Shown here: piece after piece, positions 13,552-24,492 of the stretch
Numbering within the stretch: the stretch's first letter is position 1
How the letters are laid out: every line of letters starts with the position of its first letter
Source of the DNA: Phoronis australis
Lineage: Eukaryota; Animalia; Phoronida
Reading direction: 5' to 3'
Length of the DNA: 64,000 bases
Assembly (NCBI GenBank): GCA_002633005.1
Contig: NMRA01001012.1
Coordinates: forward strand, 1-64,000
Position numbers and translations under genes: made by a program
Notes under the pieces: model-generated
What the model saw: only the letters and a program-made list of their open reading frames with translations
Databases searched by the model: none
Told to the model about the DNA's origin: nothing

Positions 13552-14069
13552 TGTTGCAGAGTAAAACAAGAGGAGGATTGAGAATATTGTCATTTATTAT
13601 GACGTAAATAGATAAAACTAACTAAGACTCTGCAAGATGGGCATGGACAAAACGCCCACCGGAGTGTACAATGAATAGCCCTGAAAGAGGGAACAAAACA
13701 AAAGAAATGCCTGAAGGGCGTAAAGGAAAAGTACAGAACATGAACACAAAACTTGAAAAAACCTAACACGAAATGTATATGAGATACGAGAAAGTGGAAC
13801 CGACACCCGGGATAGGGGGAAGGGAAAAAATGTAGAGAACGAACGTAGGTCTTGTAGACGACGAGGTAGGTGGCTGAATGAGAGAGACCACGTTGAACTG
13901 AACAAAGGAAATATGGACGACCAATCAGGTGTCGCGTAGAGAAATGTATAAATACAAAAGTAGGCCCTTGTGGCTATAAATAGAGATGAGTAATGCAAAA
14001 TAAACCCTAAGGACTGGTATCAAAATAAAAAGACAAATGTAAAAATAATGACGATAAATGCATTTAACA
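13552..14069 (-). mobile_element. LTR-like insertion (518 bp) inside LINE ORF2
   Basis: TGTT...AACA termini; flanks AGCTA/AGTTA (5 bp, one mismatch); minus-strand AATAAA near its 3' end followed by a PBS-like TGGCGTACCCC. Lies in a patch (~13512-14081) that splits host GFIPS|LWYKAII. Confidence 0.62.
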
Positions 14070-14138
14070 AGTTAAATTTAATTATGGTATAAAGCGATTA
14101 TCACCCCTATACCGAAAGGATGAGATAGAGATTTGAAT

Positions 14139-14141
<3 letters not shown>

Positions 14142-14193
<52 letters not shown>

Positions 14194-14220
14194 GAGAGAG
14201 AGGGAGAGAGAGAGAGAGAG
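14142..14220. repeat. (GA)n/(TC)n microsatellite forming the 3' tail of the inverted LINE
   Basis: About 80 bp of near-perfect GA repeat between the TSD and the element's polyadenylation-like signal. Confidence 0.95.
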
Positions 14221-14257
14221 GTTGTTTATTGCATGGAGCTAAGCTCATTTGTACATA

Positions 14258-15589
14258 TTACATTGCAACATTTGGTATAGGTGGGAATTTCATGTCCGGG
14301 TATTCAATACATGTATGCATATTTACACGATGCAATGTTAGAGTTTCCTGTCTAATACCATACGCCTTTAATATAAATAAGGATAGTCTTTTCAAAAGAT
14401 TTCCAGAGTTTGTTTTGAATAAGTATTGGACGTTTTCGATGTCAGTATGCTGTCGGGATATTTCTGGTAAAAAATTCTTTCTAATGTCGTTAAGGACGGA
14501 GCAGGTAAGTAATAAGTGTATTTCGTCTTCAATTTCTGAACGGTTGCAAATTTTGCAAGGTCTATCTTCCTTTGGAATGTCATGGTGCCTACCAGTTTCT
14601 ATTTTCAGCTGGTGTCCAGAGCACCTGAATTTGGCTAAAATTCTACGTAGAGTTGGTGGTAGTCTGTAAAGATATTCTTCACAAGATAAATCTGTTTTGA
14701 TAATAGAGTAAAATGAGCACTTGCTAGAGCTCTGCACTGATGTCCTCCATTCTTGGGCACCACAATCCAACAATCTTTGCTTAAATTCTGATATAAATAA
14801 ATCAATGTTACCCGGTCCACTTATCCATAGCTCCCTAAACCCGTATCTGAATAAAATATCTTTAACTGCACTGGCCCAATTTGTTCGTCCTTTTTTACAG
14901 TCTTCCCGCAGCATCCTGTAACTTTTCTTTGGGTATCTGGGGTTATTCATTTGTAGAATTTTGGTCCAATAGATTATTGGTCTGCACAAGTATTTCACAG
15001 ATAATAAATGCCTGCCGCATTCTCCTCTGGCCATAACGTTACTTGTTTTCTTTGGGACACCAGCAACCCATTTACAGAAATCATTGTGGACACTTTTTAT
15101 GTCTTTCGAATATACTGTACCCCATATCTCAGCACCATATAACAATATAGGAACTACCATACTATCAAACAATTTAAAACATACATTCGGGGATCTACAC
15201 TTCACTTTGGTTAAACATGCTTTTAACGTTTTCATTGCTTTTCTAGCTTGTAAAGCTGATATTCTACAAATTTCATTCCATTTTAATCTGCAAGAAAATG
15301 TTACACCAAAATACTTGTAATAAGATTTCGTTTCTACCGATTTCTTATTGTAGAACCAACGTTCTTGAGCCGACAGAGTCCCACCTCGCTTGAAGACAAC
15401 AATGTTTGTCTTATCAAGATTAACACAAAGACTCCAATCCACACAGTAGTTGTGCAATACATTTAATTTCCTCTGGAGACCAGGCACTGTGTCCGCCACA
15501 AGCAACAAATCATCCGCAAACAATAACGAACTTAATTCACAATCATCACTCTTGATACCTCGTCCTCCATTTTCTTTGACCTCTGACAC
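14258..15589 (-). pseudogene. RT C-terminal half and zinc finger of the inserted LINE (443 aa open segment)
   Basis: Contains LLFADDL, VNLDKTNIVVF, LLYGAEIWG and the IETGR zinc finger. Upstream RT segments are frameshifted. Confidence 0.88.
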
Positions 15590-18500
15590 CAGTCCGCTAA
15601 CAAAAACAGAGAATTACCAAGGATTCAGTATACACCCTTGTTTCACACCTCTCGTCCAATCAAAATAGGGTGTGATTTGACTCTGTATTCTCACGCACGA
15701 TTTGACTTCAGCATAAATATTCCTCAGGAGATTGAACATTTTCCCGTGGAGATTATTTTCTAACAAACAATAAAACAGACGTGTAGTTTCTAGACTGTCA
15801 AACGCCTTGCTAAAGTCCACAAAGGCACAGTTCATTTTTCCACCTTTTTTGATAAATTTATGTGGGACAAAGCTTGTAGAACCGCCCTAAATCCGGCTTG
15901 TTCCTCAGGGATACATTGCATTGCATACGACCACTCAATCAGCCTTATGTTTAATATAGATGTAAACAGCTTGCTTATGCTATCAATTAAAGAAATTCCC
16001 CTGTAATTATTTGGGTTATTTTTGTCTCCTTTCTTGTAGATTGGAACGATTATACTCTTTCTCCAGTTCTACGGGAATTTTCCTGTCGCCAGTACCTTGT
16101 TGAATAGTTAGCATAATACTTCAAGTGTGTCACCAGTCAGTGCTTTGAAGAGTTCGTTTGGAATACCATCTTCTCCAGGGGTTTTGTTGCTTTTAAGTTT
16201 ATTTATTTCCTGATTGATTTCGGGCATGTCAATTTGTTTATTAAGTTGTACCAGGATTTCATCACCAGGTGTGTTGGCACAGTCATTGCAGCTTTCGTCG
16301 TGCTCTCGCATTTCGTCCACCAAAATATTAAGGAATTCCCTGTTTTCCCGTACAGGCTCAGTGTTCAAGACTTTTTCAAAATAGTTATACCATTCGTTCG
16401 ACGAATATCCGCTTGTTGAATATTGTTCGGACTTATGATTGACTTCACGTTTGCCCAGAATGTTCTTGGATCTCTCACTGAATCACATAATTTCTTTTCC
16501 ATTTGTTCGATATAATTCTTCTTTTTTTCACGACAGGTTTCCTTAAATTGACTTTTCGTATCACTATAATTACGTAGTGTATCCACACACTTTGTGGATC
16601 TGAAAAGTTTCAATAAATTATGTTTTTCTATTTTCTTTTGCTCGCAAACGTTGTCGAACCACCTTTGCTGCTGCCTGTTCACTGCGGATTTATTGCTTAT
16701 TTTTATGTCAGCGCCGCAAGCGTGGAATAATTCATTTATTAATTTAACTGCTTTGTTAATATCCATATCGATAGCTGAAGATATTTGGGATAATTTCTCG
16801 GTGGTGTCAACGCTGCCCAGTCTATCCTTAAAACTTGAAGATTTGTGTGGCTGCCACTTGAGTCGGTGCAATGGGGTTGTTCTGACACTAGTGTTCGATC
16901 CGTCTGTATCAGCTTCCGTATGTTGTAGATAACGTAGAGTACACATGATAGGGAAATGGTCTGACTAGTCGTTGAATTTACCAACCAACTATAGGGACAT
17001 AAGTCTGCTCTCCACCGTGAGCAAAGTGTATTCCAATGTACTAACACAAACTGAATGAAGAACAAAATGGTTTTCGACAGGGGAGGTCTTGTCTTGACCA
17101 CGTGTTCACACTCACGTCTGATGTGGTTCATTTTTGCAAGAGGGGACATGTAAGAACGAGTTTGGAATTCATTTTGTGCTATACGTATCTGGGTGTAACT
17201 CTGAATGAGTTAATGGATTTCAGTTTGACAGCTGAGGTACTGGCAGACTCCGTCTCCAGAGCGTTGGGAGCTCTGGTAAGCAAGTACAAACATATTGGTA
17301 ACATGGGTTTCAACAGTTACAATAAATGTTTTGAAATGTCCGTCGCTTCAATTCTAGACTATGGATCTGGAATTTGGAGATATTCTCAATACTCCAAATG
17401 CGAAATGATCAGAACGAGAGCATTACGTATATTTTTAGGGGTCCACAAGTATCTGCCAATGCAGTACTTTATGGCGACTCGGGTTGGCCAAATTCACACT
17501 ACAAACAACATGGAAATATGCTAAGGCTCTGGAATCGTTTAGCTCTAATGGATGAAAGCAGAATTGCAAAAAAGTTTTTTTATGGGACCTTAAACATCGG
17601 AACTCCTGTAATTGGTCAAGTTCAATATTTAAAATTATTGAGAAGTGCGACTTTTTAGAAAATTTCAGGAACAAGTAAATTGTGTCTCTCGAAAACTTCA
17701 AAACATTCAGGTTCCAGTTAGAAGAGTTAAACTGGTTAAAAATAATCACTGAGAAACCAAAACTGTACTTGTGTAAATCGTTAAGAATAACTATTGTGTA
17801 GAAGAGTATTTACGTCTGCCGGTGTCTCAGAGGTCCGTCATAGCTGGATTGAGAGCAGGTATTCCACCATTAGAGGTTGAGGTGGGGCGGTACTTCGGAA
17901 TTCCTGTGAATGAGCGAATTTGTCGTGTTTGTAAAAACAGAATTGAAGATGAAGCTCATTTCATTTTTGATGGTGAAAAATATACTCACATTCCAGCATA
18001 CTTTATACGGGATTCTGTCCTACCTCAAGAATTACAAAATAACTTGAAAGGTCTAGCGAAATTCATTCAAGACGCTTTGCAGGTTAGAAGTAATTGTTTG
18101 TTTATAAACTAGTCTGAAGTGGTCATATTTGAGCTTGAGCAATATGTTATGTAAGGATTTAATATTCTGTCTGATATTGTATTTACTGGCACCCTTATGT
18201 CACTATGATAAATAAATATAATAAAAATACTCTAAGCCAACACAGGCCGACGAGAAACCCATCCATTGTCTTCTGAAAATAAAGTAAAAGAGTGAATTAC
18301 CTATGCATCCTACGTGAAGTGGGTGTCGCGCGAGACTGGCACATTATCAAAAGCAAAAGCATTTAAAGCTCCATTCCTCCCCTATTTAGTTGTCAGCGTG
18401 CAATTTTTAAACGAAACGCTTTAGCGTTTACTACCCGATCTTGAATTAACAGATGACGCGTCCATTCGACACTTCCGAATCTGCAATGATAGGATTGGCC

Positions 18501-19239
18501 AATGCCGATACACTGTTTAGAGGTGTCTTATGTCACTGATGGTTTTCGAACATAGGATTGTGTCACTCTAAGCAACATCAGGAGAGTGAATTTTATGAGA
18601 ATCGAATACCTATTTCGATTTTTGTTGTTATCCAGCTAAGCAGATCAAAATGCAAATTTAAACCTGTTGTGCGAAAGCTGTGTAGGTTATTAACAGAATT
18701 TCTTACCAGCAACGAGATAAGCTTTATTCAGCAAATGCGCAGTAGCTGGAGGCAACTCCTCTTTATAGACCACGAACATTATCTTTTATCAAGCGAGCTA
18801 CGTGAACTTTTGTATGCGCTACCGTAATGGTGGGAAACGACATTCGAGCCCTAAGTAAGTTTTACCTCGAAATACAAGGCTCTTTTTAAGACTGTGGAAT
18901 TTTTTTATCTCGATGGCTGAAGAAAGTGACAAGCAGCTATTTTTATTTATTGTTTTAGGCCAGATCAAAAGGACAGCAGTCGGCTCCTTAGTCCGAAATG
19001 ACATTATCGCAGGCAATCGTGTGAATGGCCTATAGGTCGAAGCGCCGATTGTCCGCACGGGAGGTACTACGAAACGTGACATTATAGATCCACCAATGAC
19101 TACTTCAAGTTGAAGGGAATCATTGATGGAATTTACTTCATGGCGTAAGAATGATGCCGATTATGCGAATATAAACCTACATCAAAATTTTTTGAAAAAT
19201 AAAGGTCTTACAAGACTTTTTGATGCCGGCAAAATCAGC

Positions 19240-20225
19240 ACTTGTAGTATATTTTGTAGAGGACAAACATCTAATCATGCTTTTCAGGACTGGTGGGCAG
19301 ACGACTCCATCTTCAACGTACTGTGCCACAACAGCCTCTCCAAGCTGAGCTGAGATTTCACGGACTCTATCGTAGGAAACTCTGATTCCGTTCTCATGGA
19401 GCATCTCCATCAGTTGCCTCTTCCTTGTTTTGGGTAGCATGTGTGTCGGGTGATTCGATACCCAGCTGCACCAGTCTCTTCCTGTACAGACAACACAAGT
19501 CTACAAGTCGCAAAACCAGTGGATCTGAACCACCACTTGCAGTTTTCACCGCAGTAATATATGTCACGAGTTCCGAAAAAGCCATTGGATATGCTCTCTT
19601 TGCTTGGAGAGTCCCTTCTTCTTTCTTCTTCTCTTGAGCATTCAAAAATGCCCTCTCTCTGTTGTACAGAGCTACCAAGCATGCTGAGTGATATTTTACT
19701 TCTTATGCGATGCATCTCCTGCACTCGGTTTTACCAGGAGCTTACCATCATTGAGAGTCTTGACACAATCATTGATTTTGTAGTTCAGTTTCAAGGTCAT
19801 AGCTTGTCTCAGGGTTTCACCTTTCTCCTCACATAAGAAGCATTCGGTCGTCTTGGGGTCTATAATTCTTCTTGGTACTTTGCGGTTGTTGCTATTGTCA
19901 CTAATGTCTGCCGTGCTACAAGGGCTGATGATCCTTTTTCAGCTCGCTGCAACTTCGTATTGCAGAAGAGCAGCCTGCAGCTGGAATGCTACTGGGTATT
20001 TATTTTCTCAAAGTGTTCTCTATCCCGCTGCCATCGTCAAATCCAGATTTATTGGCAATTCATTGAGAGAATGAAATCGAGGAACATTCCTCTCCAACTG
20101 GTTGTATCCGTCATCTTGCCGTTTCAAAGGATTTGAAAGTGGAGACGAGAAATCTTCCATCGTCTGCGTTTGACAAAGTCAATATTTGTCCCAGTTGGTG
20201 CGCCAAATGTTTTACTTGAAGCCAT
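19240..20225 (-). pseudogene. N-terminal fragment of an Academ(X)-like transposase
   Basis: Frameshifted pieces MASSKTF..., MAFSELVTYI...LRLVDLCCLYRKRLVQLG and KTRKRQLMEMLHENGIRVSYDRVREISAQLGEAVVAQYVEDGVVCPPVLK resemble the large Academ proteins of marine invertebrates (recalled from memory). Confidence 0.55.
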
Positions 20226-20339
20226 AGTTATTTTATGATACGAAGGGTGAATGAATTTTAAACCAGAACAATCGTTGACCTCTCCTTCTCCAAATCTTTT
20301 AATGCTCTCTTCCTTGTTGACCCGTCTTATGACCTTAAA

Positions 20340-21285
20340 CTTAATGATGAAATCATTCCTAGAAAACAGTCGCACATACATCTTGGTATACTGTTAGATG
20401 AAAAACTCTCATTCACACCTCACGTACGGGTCAGACACTAATTAACCCACTTAAGCTTGTATCTCTTCATCTGAATTCTACATATTTAGAAGTTTTGTTC
20501 AAATCATTTACATTTCCACACATCGGTTATTGTGATATCATATATCAGTCGGCCAATACGGGTGCACTACAACATTTGGAGAAACTACAGTATCAAGCTG
20601 TCTTACTCATAACCGGAGCTTACAGGGGATCCAGTAGTGTTAAAGTTTTGAGTAGTCTCAAGTGGCCCAAACTGTCTACTCGACGCAATCTTCACATGAC
20701 CACATTTACTTTCAAAGTGATAAACAACGTCAACAACGCCTCTGTCAAAACCTATTTGATCTATACACTAGACAAGGCCATCGTAGTAATTTGAGATCCT
20801 CCATCCCATATGCAATTCCTCCGTCATTCAGTCAGGCATTCAGAAGGTCTACAGTCATGATGTGCATCAACAACTGGAATTCTCTTCCAGTCTCTGTTGA
20901 GGATGCAACTCTTTTACAAGTATAAAAAATATTTTTAGAACTGTTTTTCACAATTTTGACAACTCAGCACCCTTAACTCAATTCTCCTTTCCCCGTGATA
21001 ACGAAATAGCATTGTACAGATTAAGATGTGGTCTTTTCCTCAAGTCTGACAAGTTTAGGCACAACTTTAGTAATGTTTCTCTAAACTGTAAATGTGGTGA
21101 CCATCAATCTTATCCTCATATTTTCTTCAAATATCCCCTAATCGAATACCTGAGAGACTCACTCTGTCGTGCACTCAATGAAAACCAATTAATTGTTAAT
21201 GTTCTCAATTCTTGTAACAATACCCCTACTTAAGTTACAATATTATTGAATGGTACTCCTAACTTTGACGTCGTTCTCAATGAAG
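20340..21285 (+). mobile_element. CR1-clade LINE 3' ORF2 fragment
   Basis: HIHLGILLDEKLSF, PHIGYCDIIY, LEKLQYQAVLLITGAYRGSS..LKWPKLSTRR, WNSLP, RLRCG..LKSDKF....CKCG....HIFF, ILLNG. Confidence 0.8.
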
Positions 21286-22991
21286 TTTGGACACCATACA
21301 TATGAACGAGCAACAGCTTTCATTTTCACAACCCCAATATGCCCGAAATGCAATTCATTTATCACCTTATTTCTACATTTTGGCGGTATTATTACTCTTA
21401 ATCCCAAAAATAAACATCTATTTTCTATTGTAAGCTCATTTCTCCTGTAGAAAAAAGGCTTCAATACTTCATCAGTTTCTGACAATTTGTTTGGCCAACC
21501 ATCAATGGTATACCTCATAACTCTTGATCAAACAGGATCATTCCGCGTTTCCCGTTTTATAAGGTTATTTTCCACAGGCAAAATATCAACATGGAATACC
21601 TGAGCATAAGTTGGCTCATATTCATTTTCAGCTTGTTGACATTCTTCAGCTGGTAATCTAGATAAACAGTCCGCGTTGGCGTTGGATTTGCTATTACGAA
21701 ATTTGATATCGTAGTTGAATCCAGACAAATACATTGCCCATCTTTGCATTCTTTCTGCTGCTAAAATAGGTAAGTCGGTTTTTGGACCAAAAATCGCAAC
21801 AAGTGGTTTGTTGTCAGTAATCAGTGTAAATTTCCGACCATACAAATACGGATAGAACCGTTTCATAGCAAAGATTATCGCCAATGTTTCTCTTTCCATT
21901 TGAGGGTATTTCTTCTCTGTTTTACTCAGACTACGTGAAGCAAATTGAGTAGGTCTTTCTTCACCATCTACAATGTGCGACAATACCGCACCTACACCTT
22001 CAGTAGATGCATCTGTTGCCACGGTTATTGGTAATTCTGAGTTAAAATGAACCAGGAATCCAGATTCTTTCGATGCGTTTTTTGACTTTTGAAAAGCTTT
22101 TTTAGCTTTAGCTGTCCACTCAAACTTAGCGGATTTCTGCAACATTGCAGTCAAAGGTGCAATAAGTGTGGACATATCTCTTATGTAGCGTCTGTAGTAA
22201 TTTAGAAGACCCAAATAACTTCTTAGTCCAGACACATCTTTTGGTAATGGCATGTTCATAATCAAATCGACCTTTTTCTTAGCTTTATGAACTCCAGTTT
22301 TGTCAATAACGTGGCCCAAATACTCTACTGAATCCTTCATGAATTCACATTTGGATTTTCTCAATCTCAACCCATATTCCTTCAATCGATCTAGAACTTT
22401 GTCTAAATTTTTCAAATGCTCTTCGTAAGATTTACCTGTAACAAATATGTCATCCAGGTAAACTTGTACTCCTGACAAGCCTTGTAACACTTGTTCAACT
22501 GCATTTTGCCATAGAGAGGGTGCACTAGTGATTCCGAAAACAAGACGATTCTGAGTGAACAACCCTTTGTGTGCCGCAATTGTCAAATACTTTTTTGATT
22601 CGTCAGTAAACTCCATTTGATTGTACGCATGAGCTAGATCCAATTTCGAAAAACAGACCCCTCCTCTTAAATTAGCTAAAATTTCCTCAATATTGATATT
22701 GGGCGGTGCCCTTGGTTTGAGATTCGGATTTACAGTAGTTTTGTAATTTCCGCATATTCTCACAGAACCATCAGATTTCTCAACAGTGACAATGCTTGTG
22801 CTCCAATTACTATGTTCAACAGGTGTAAGAACGCCACATTTAACTAGTCTATCTAGTTCTTCATCAACTTTCGGTTTGACCGCAAATGGCACCCTATACG
22901 GTTTACTTCTTACAGGCATGCTCCCTTCCTTCAACTGAACATCGGCCTTAATATTCTTCAAAGTGCCTAATTTTGTTTTCAGACAAATCAC
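21286..22991 (-). pseudogene. pol: Gypsy pol (RT, RNase H, start of integrase)
   Basis: 487 aa open frame with FSKLDLAHAYNQ, YLDD, YLGH, TDAS. One frameshift from gag-PR (~22970), one TGA at ~21528, truncated integrase. Confidence 0.9.
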
Positions 22992-24246
22992 TATGTTTGT
23001 TTAACACTAGCTCAAGTGAATGAACTCTGTTGGCAGACAGCACATGACTCCTATTAGACAGTAAGTCACCCCAATTGAGTTTCAAATGAGTTAACCATGA
23101 CCTGCCTAGTAAATTATGTTTACACTGCTTGACAACATGCAACCACAGATCACAGGACTGATCTTCGTACTGGACATTTACAAGAAACTTACCTACAGGT
23201 TTAACAATCTCACCCGTGAAACTTGTAAACACTCGCTTAGATGGCTTCAATTCACTTTCGTTTTCAAACAGACTTACATACAAATCATATGGTATGATGG
23301 AGTCATGGCTGCCAGAGTCCATTTCCATCTCTAGATAATGACCACCAACATTTAGTGTCACGTAGATAGCGTCATCTATTCCCGTGTTATTTACGCTATA
23401 TTCTGTGTCGCTGTCCTCGCTGCCGTTTTTGTCGCCTCCGGCTTGGAGTATACGTCTCGTGCTAGGTTGTCTCCCACATGCAACTTTAATGTGCCCCTTT
23501 TTCTTACACTTGTGACACGTTGAATTCTTGAACCAACATTCATCCGGATGGTGTGAGGGCTTGGCACATCTGTAGCACTCGGTGATGGCTTTCCCCTTTG
23601 GTCTTGCCTTTGGATTGTCAACTCGCCGGATTTTCTGATCCCAATTTTTCCTTTTGGCCTTTACCACCTTTACGTCGGTGGAAGCTATTTCACCTTTCAT
23701 GGTTTTGTTTTCCATGAAAGTATTTTCACTGGCTAAGGCGAAATCGACAGTTTCATTAAACGTCAGTTCCTTTTCCCTTGACTTCTCAAGCAACTTTAGC
23801 GAAGTATGCTCATTAGCAATTCCGCTAATAAGTCTGTCCCTCAATTGTTCGTCCAGTTTATCACCAAACTTGCAGGTAAGACTGAGGTGTTTGAGCGCGA
23901 TTACATAGTCCGTAATCGACTCACCTCTATTTTGGTCTCGTTTGATAAGCTTTCTCCTTTCCGCAATTGTCAGTCGTGGTCCTGCCAAGTGTTTCATCAG
24001 AGTTTCTTTTAACTCTCCGTATGTTTTCTGGTTGGGTTTGGCTGGGCTGACCAGATCCCGTACAATTCCATAATACTTCTTGCCAATGGAATGCAAGAAC
24101 ATTGCTGCCACTTGCTTCTTCGTGAAATCTGTTTCCCCATTCGCTTGTAGAAACAGTTCAAATCTTTCGAAGTAGCATTCCCACTCCTTGCTATCATCAT
24201 ATTCATTGGAGAACGGGGGCAGGTAACTTTGTGAGCTCGCAGTCAT
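22948..24246 (-). CDS. gag: Gypsy gag-protease ORF
   Basis: 432 aa; LRDRLISGI, CYRCAKPSHHPDEC, CHKCKKKGHIKVAC, MEMDSGS, LLGRSWL. Confidence 0.88.
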   Translation of the reverse strand: MTASSQSYLPPFSNEYDDSKEWECYFERFELFLQANGETDFTKKQVAAMFLHSIGKKYYGIVRDLVSPAKPNQKTYGELKETLMKHLAGPRLTIAERRKLIKRDQNRGESITDYVIALKHLSLTCKFGDKLDEQLRDRLISGIANEHTSLKLLEKSREKELTFNETVDFALASENTFMENKTMKGEIASTDVKVVKAKRKNWDQKIRRVDNPKARPKGKAITECYRCAKPSHHPDECWFKNSTCHKCKKKGHIKVACGRQPSTRRILQAGGDKNGSEDSDTEYSVNNTGIDDAIYVTLNVGGHYLEMEMDSGSHDSIIPYDLYVSLFENESELKPSKRVFTSFTGEIVKPVGKFLVNVQYEDQSCDLWLHVVKQCKHNLLGRSWLTHLKLNWGDLLSNRSHVLSANRVHSLELVLNKHSDLSENKIRHFEEY

Positions 24247-24256
24247 CTCGTCGCCA
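24247..24256 (-). promoter_or_regulatory. Primer binding site TGGCGACGAG (tRNA-Ser type)
   Basis: One base after the LTR end (AACA) and directly before the gag ATG. Confidence 0.8.
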
Positions 24257-24257
24257 C

Positions 24258-24492
24258 TGTTGTGTATCTTACTTTGTCAAATCAAGTAGACACTCCATGA
24301 ACTACGCAGTGAAACGAACAGAATTGAACTGAAAACTGAAATGATTTATTCTACATATCACAATAATATATATACACACAACTACATAACAACATATGAT
24401 GCGTTACCTATGACACACTTCCTAAACTAGGAATCGCATGACATAATACCAAATAAACTACTGAACTCATAAACAATAATAACCTACAAACA
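24258..24492 (-). repeat. Gypsy 5' LTR (235 bp)
   Basis: TGTT...AACA termini with minus-strand TATATA and AATAAA, followed by the PBS. Confidence 0.8.

Larger units (their letters stand above)
14141..16971 (-). mobile_element. 5'-truncated APE-RT LINE (RTEX-like) inserted in opposite orientation, 8-bp TSD TTGAATTT
   Basis: TTGAATTT at 14133-14140 and 16972-16979. Begins at the APE end motif SDHFPI. RT motifs KTPGEDGI, NYRGISL, FVDFSKAFD, GVKQGC, LLFADDL, YKYFG. C-terminus KFRCSGHQLKIETGR..CKIC..IEDEIHLLLTC, then AATAAA and a (TC)n tail. Confidence 0.92.
11810..18112 (+). pseudogene. LINE ORF2 (APE endonuclease, RT, zinc finger), disrupted
   Basis: Pieces at ~11810-13511, 14082-14140 and 16972-18112. 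Many stops and frameshifts. The RT catalytic core is missing at ~17120 (LDHVFTLTS runs directly into VVHF..YTYLG). Confidence 0.85.
10924..18227 (+). mobile_element. Near full-length decayed APE-RT LINE (RTE group, Proto2/RTEX-like), interrupted by two insertions
   Basis: 5' AAAATGGCGG motif, coiled-coil ORF1, APE motifs (NVFGW, GSGGVGIFVK, YLPPENS, GDFNSR, VVDY, PDH), RT start (KSGKAIGIDGI, WYKAIITPIPKG, PTNYRDISLLS, EEQNGFR), C-terminal LEVEVGRY..ERICRVC..IEDEAHF and an A-rich tail at ~18208-18227. Possible TACTCT TSD. Confidence 0.88.
21286..24492 (-). mobile_element. Gypsy/Ty3 LTR retrotransposon (Mag/K02A2.6-like), 3'-truncated in the integrase
   Basis: 5' LTR and PBS, gag with two CCHC knuckles, protease DSG, RT YLDD, RNase H TDAS/TDNKPL, then integrase start LHFGHIGVVKMKAVARSYVWCPN ending abruptly. 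Confidence 0.93.

Noticed and set aside
14133-14669. 178-aa ORF with an (ER)n charged run
   Set aside because: Translation of the (GA)n microsatellite plus the antisense strand of LINE ORF2.
22948-22991. Programmed ribosomal frameshift between Gypsy gag-PR and pol
   Set aside because: The shift lies after the protease and is explained by one extra A in AACAAAATTA. Mag-like elements usually have a single ORF, and this copy also has a nonsense mutation.
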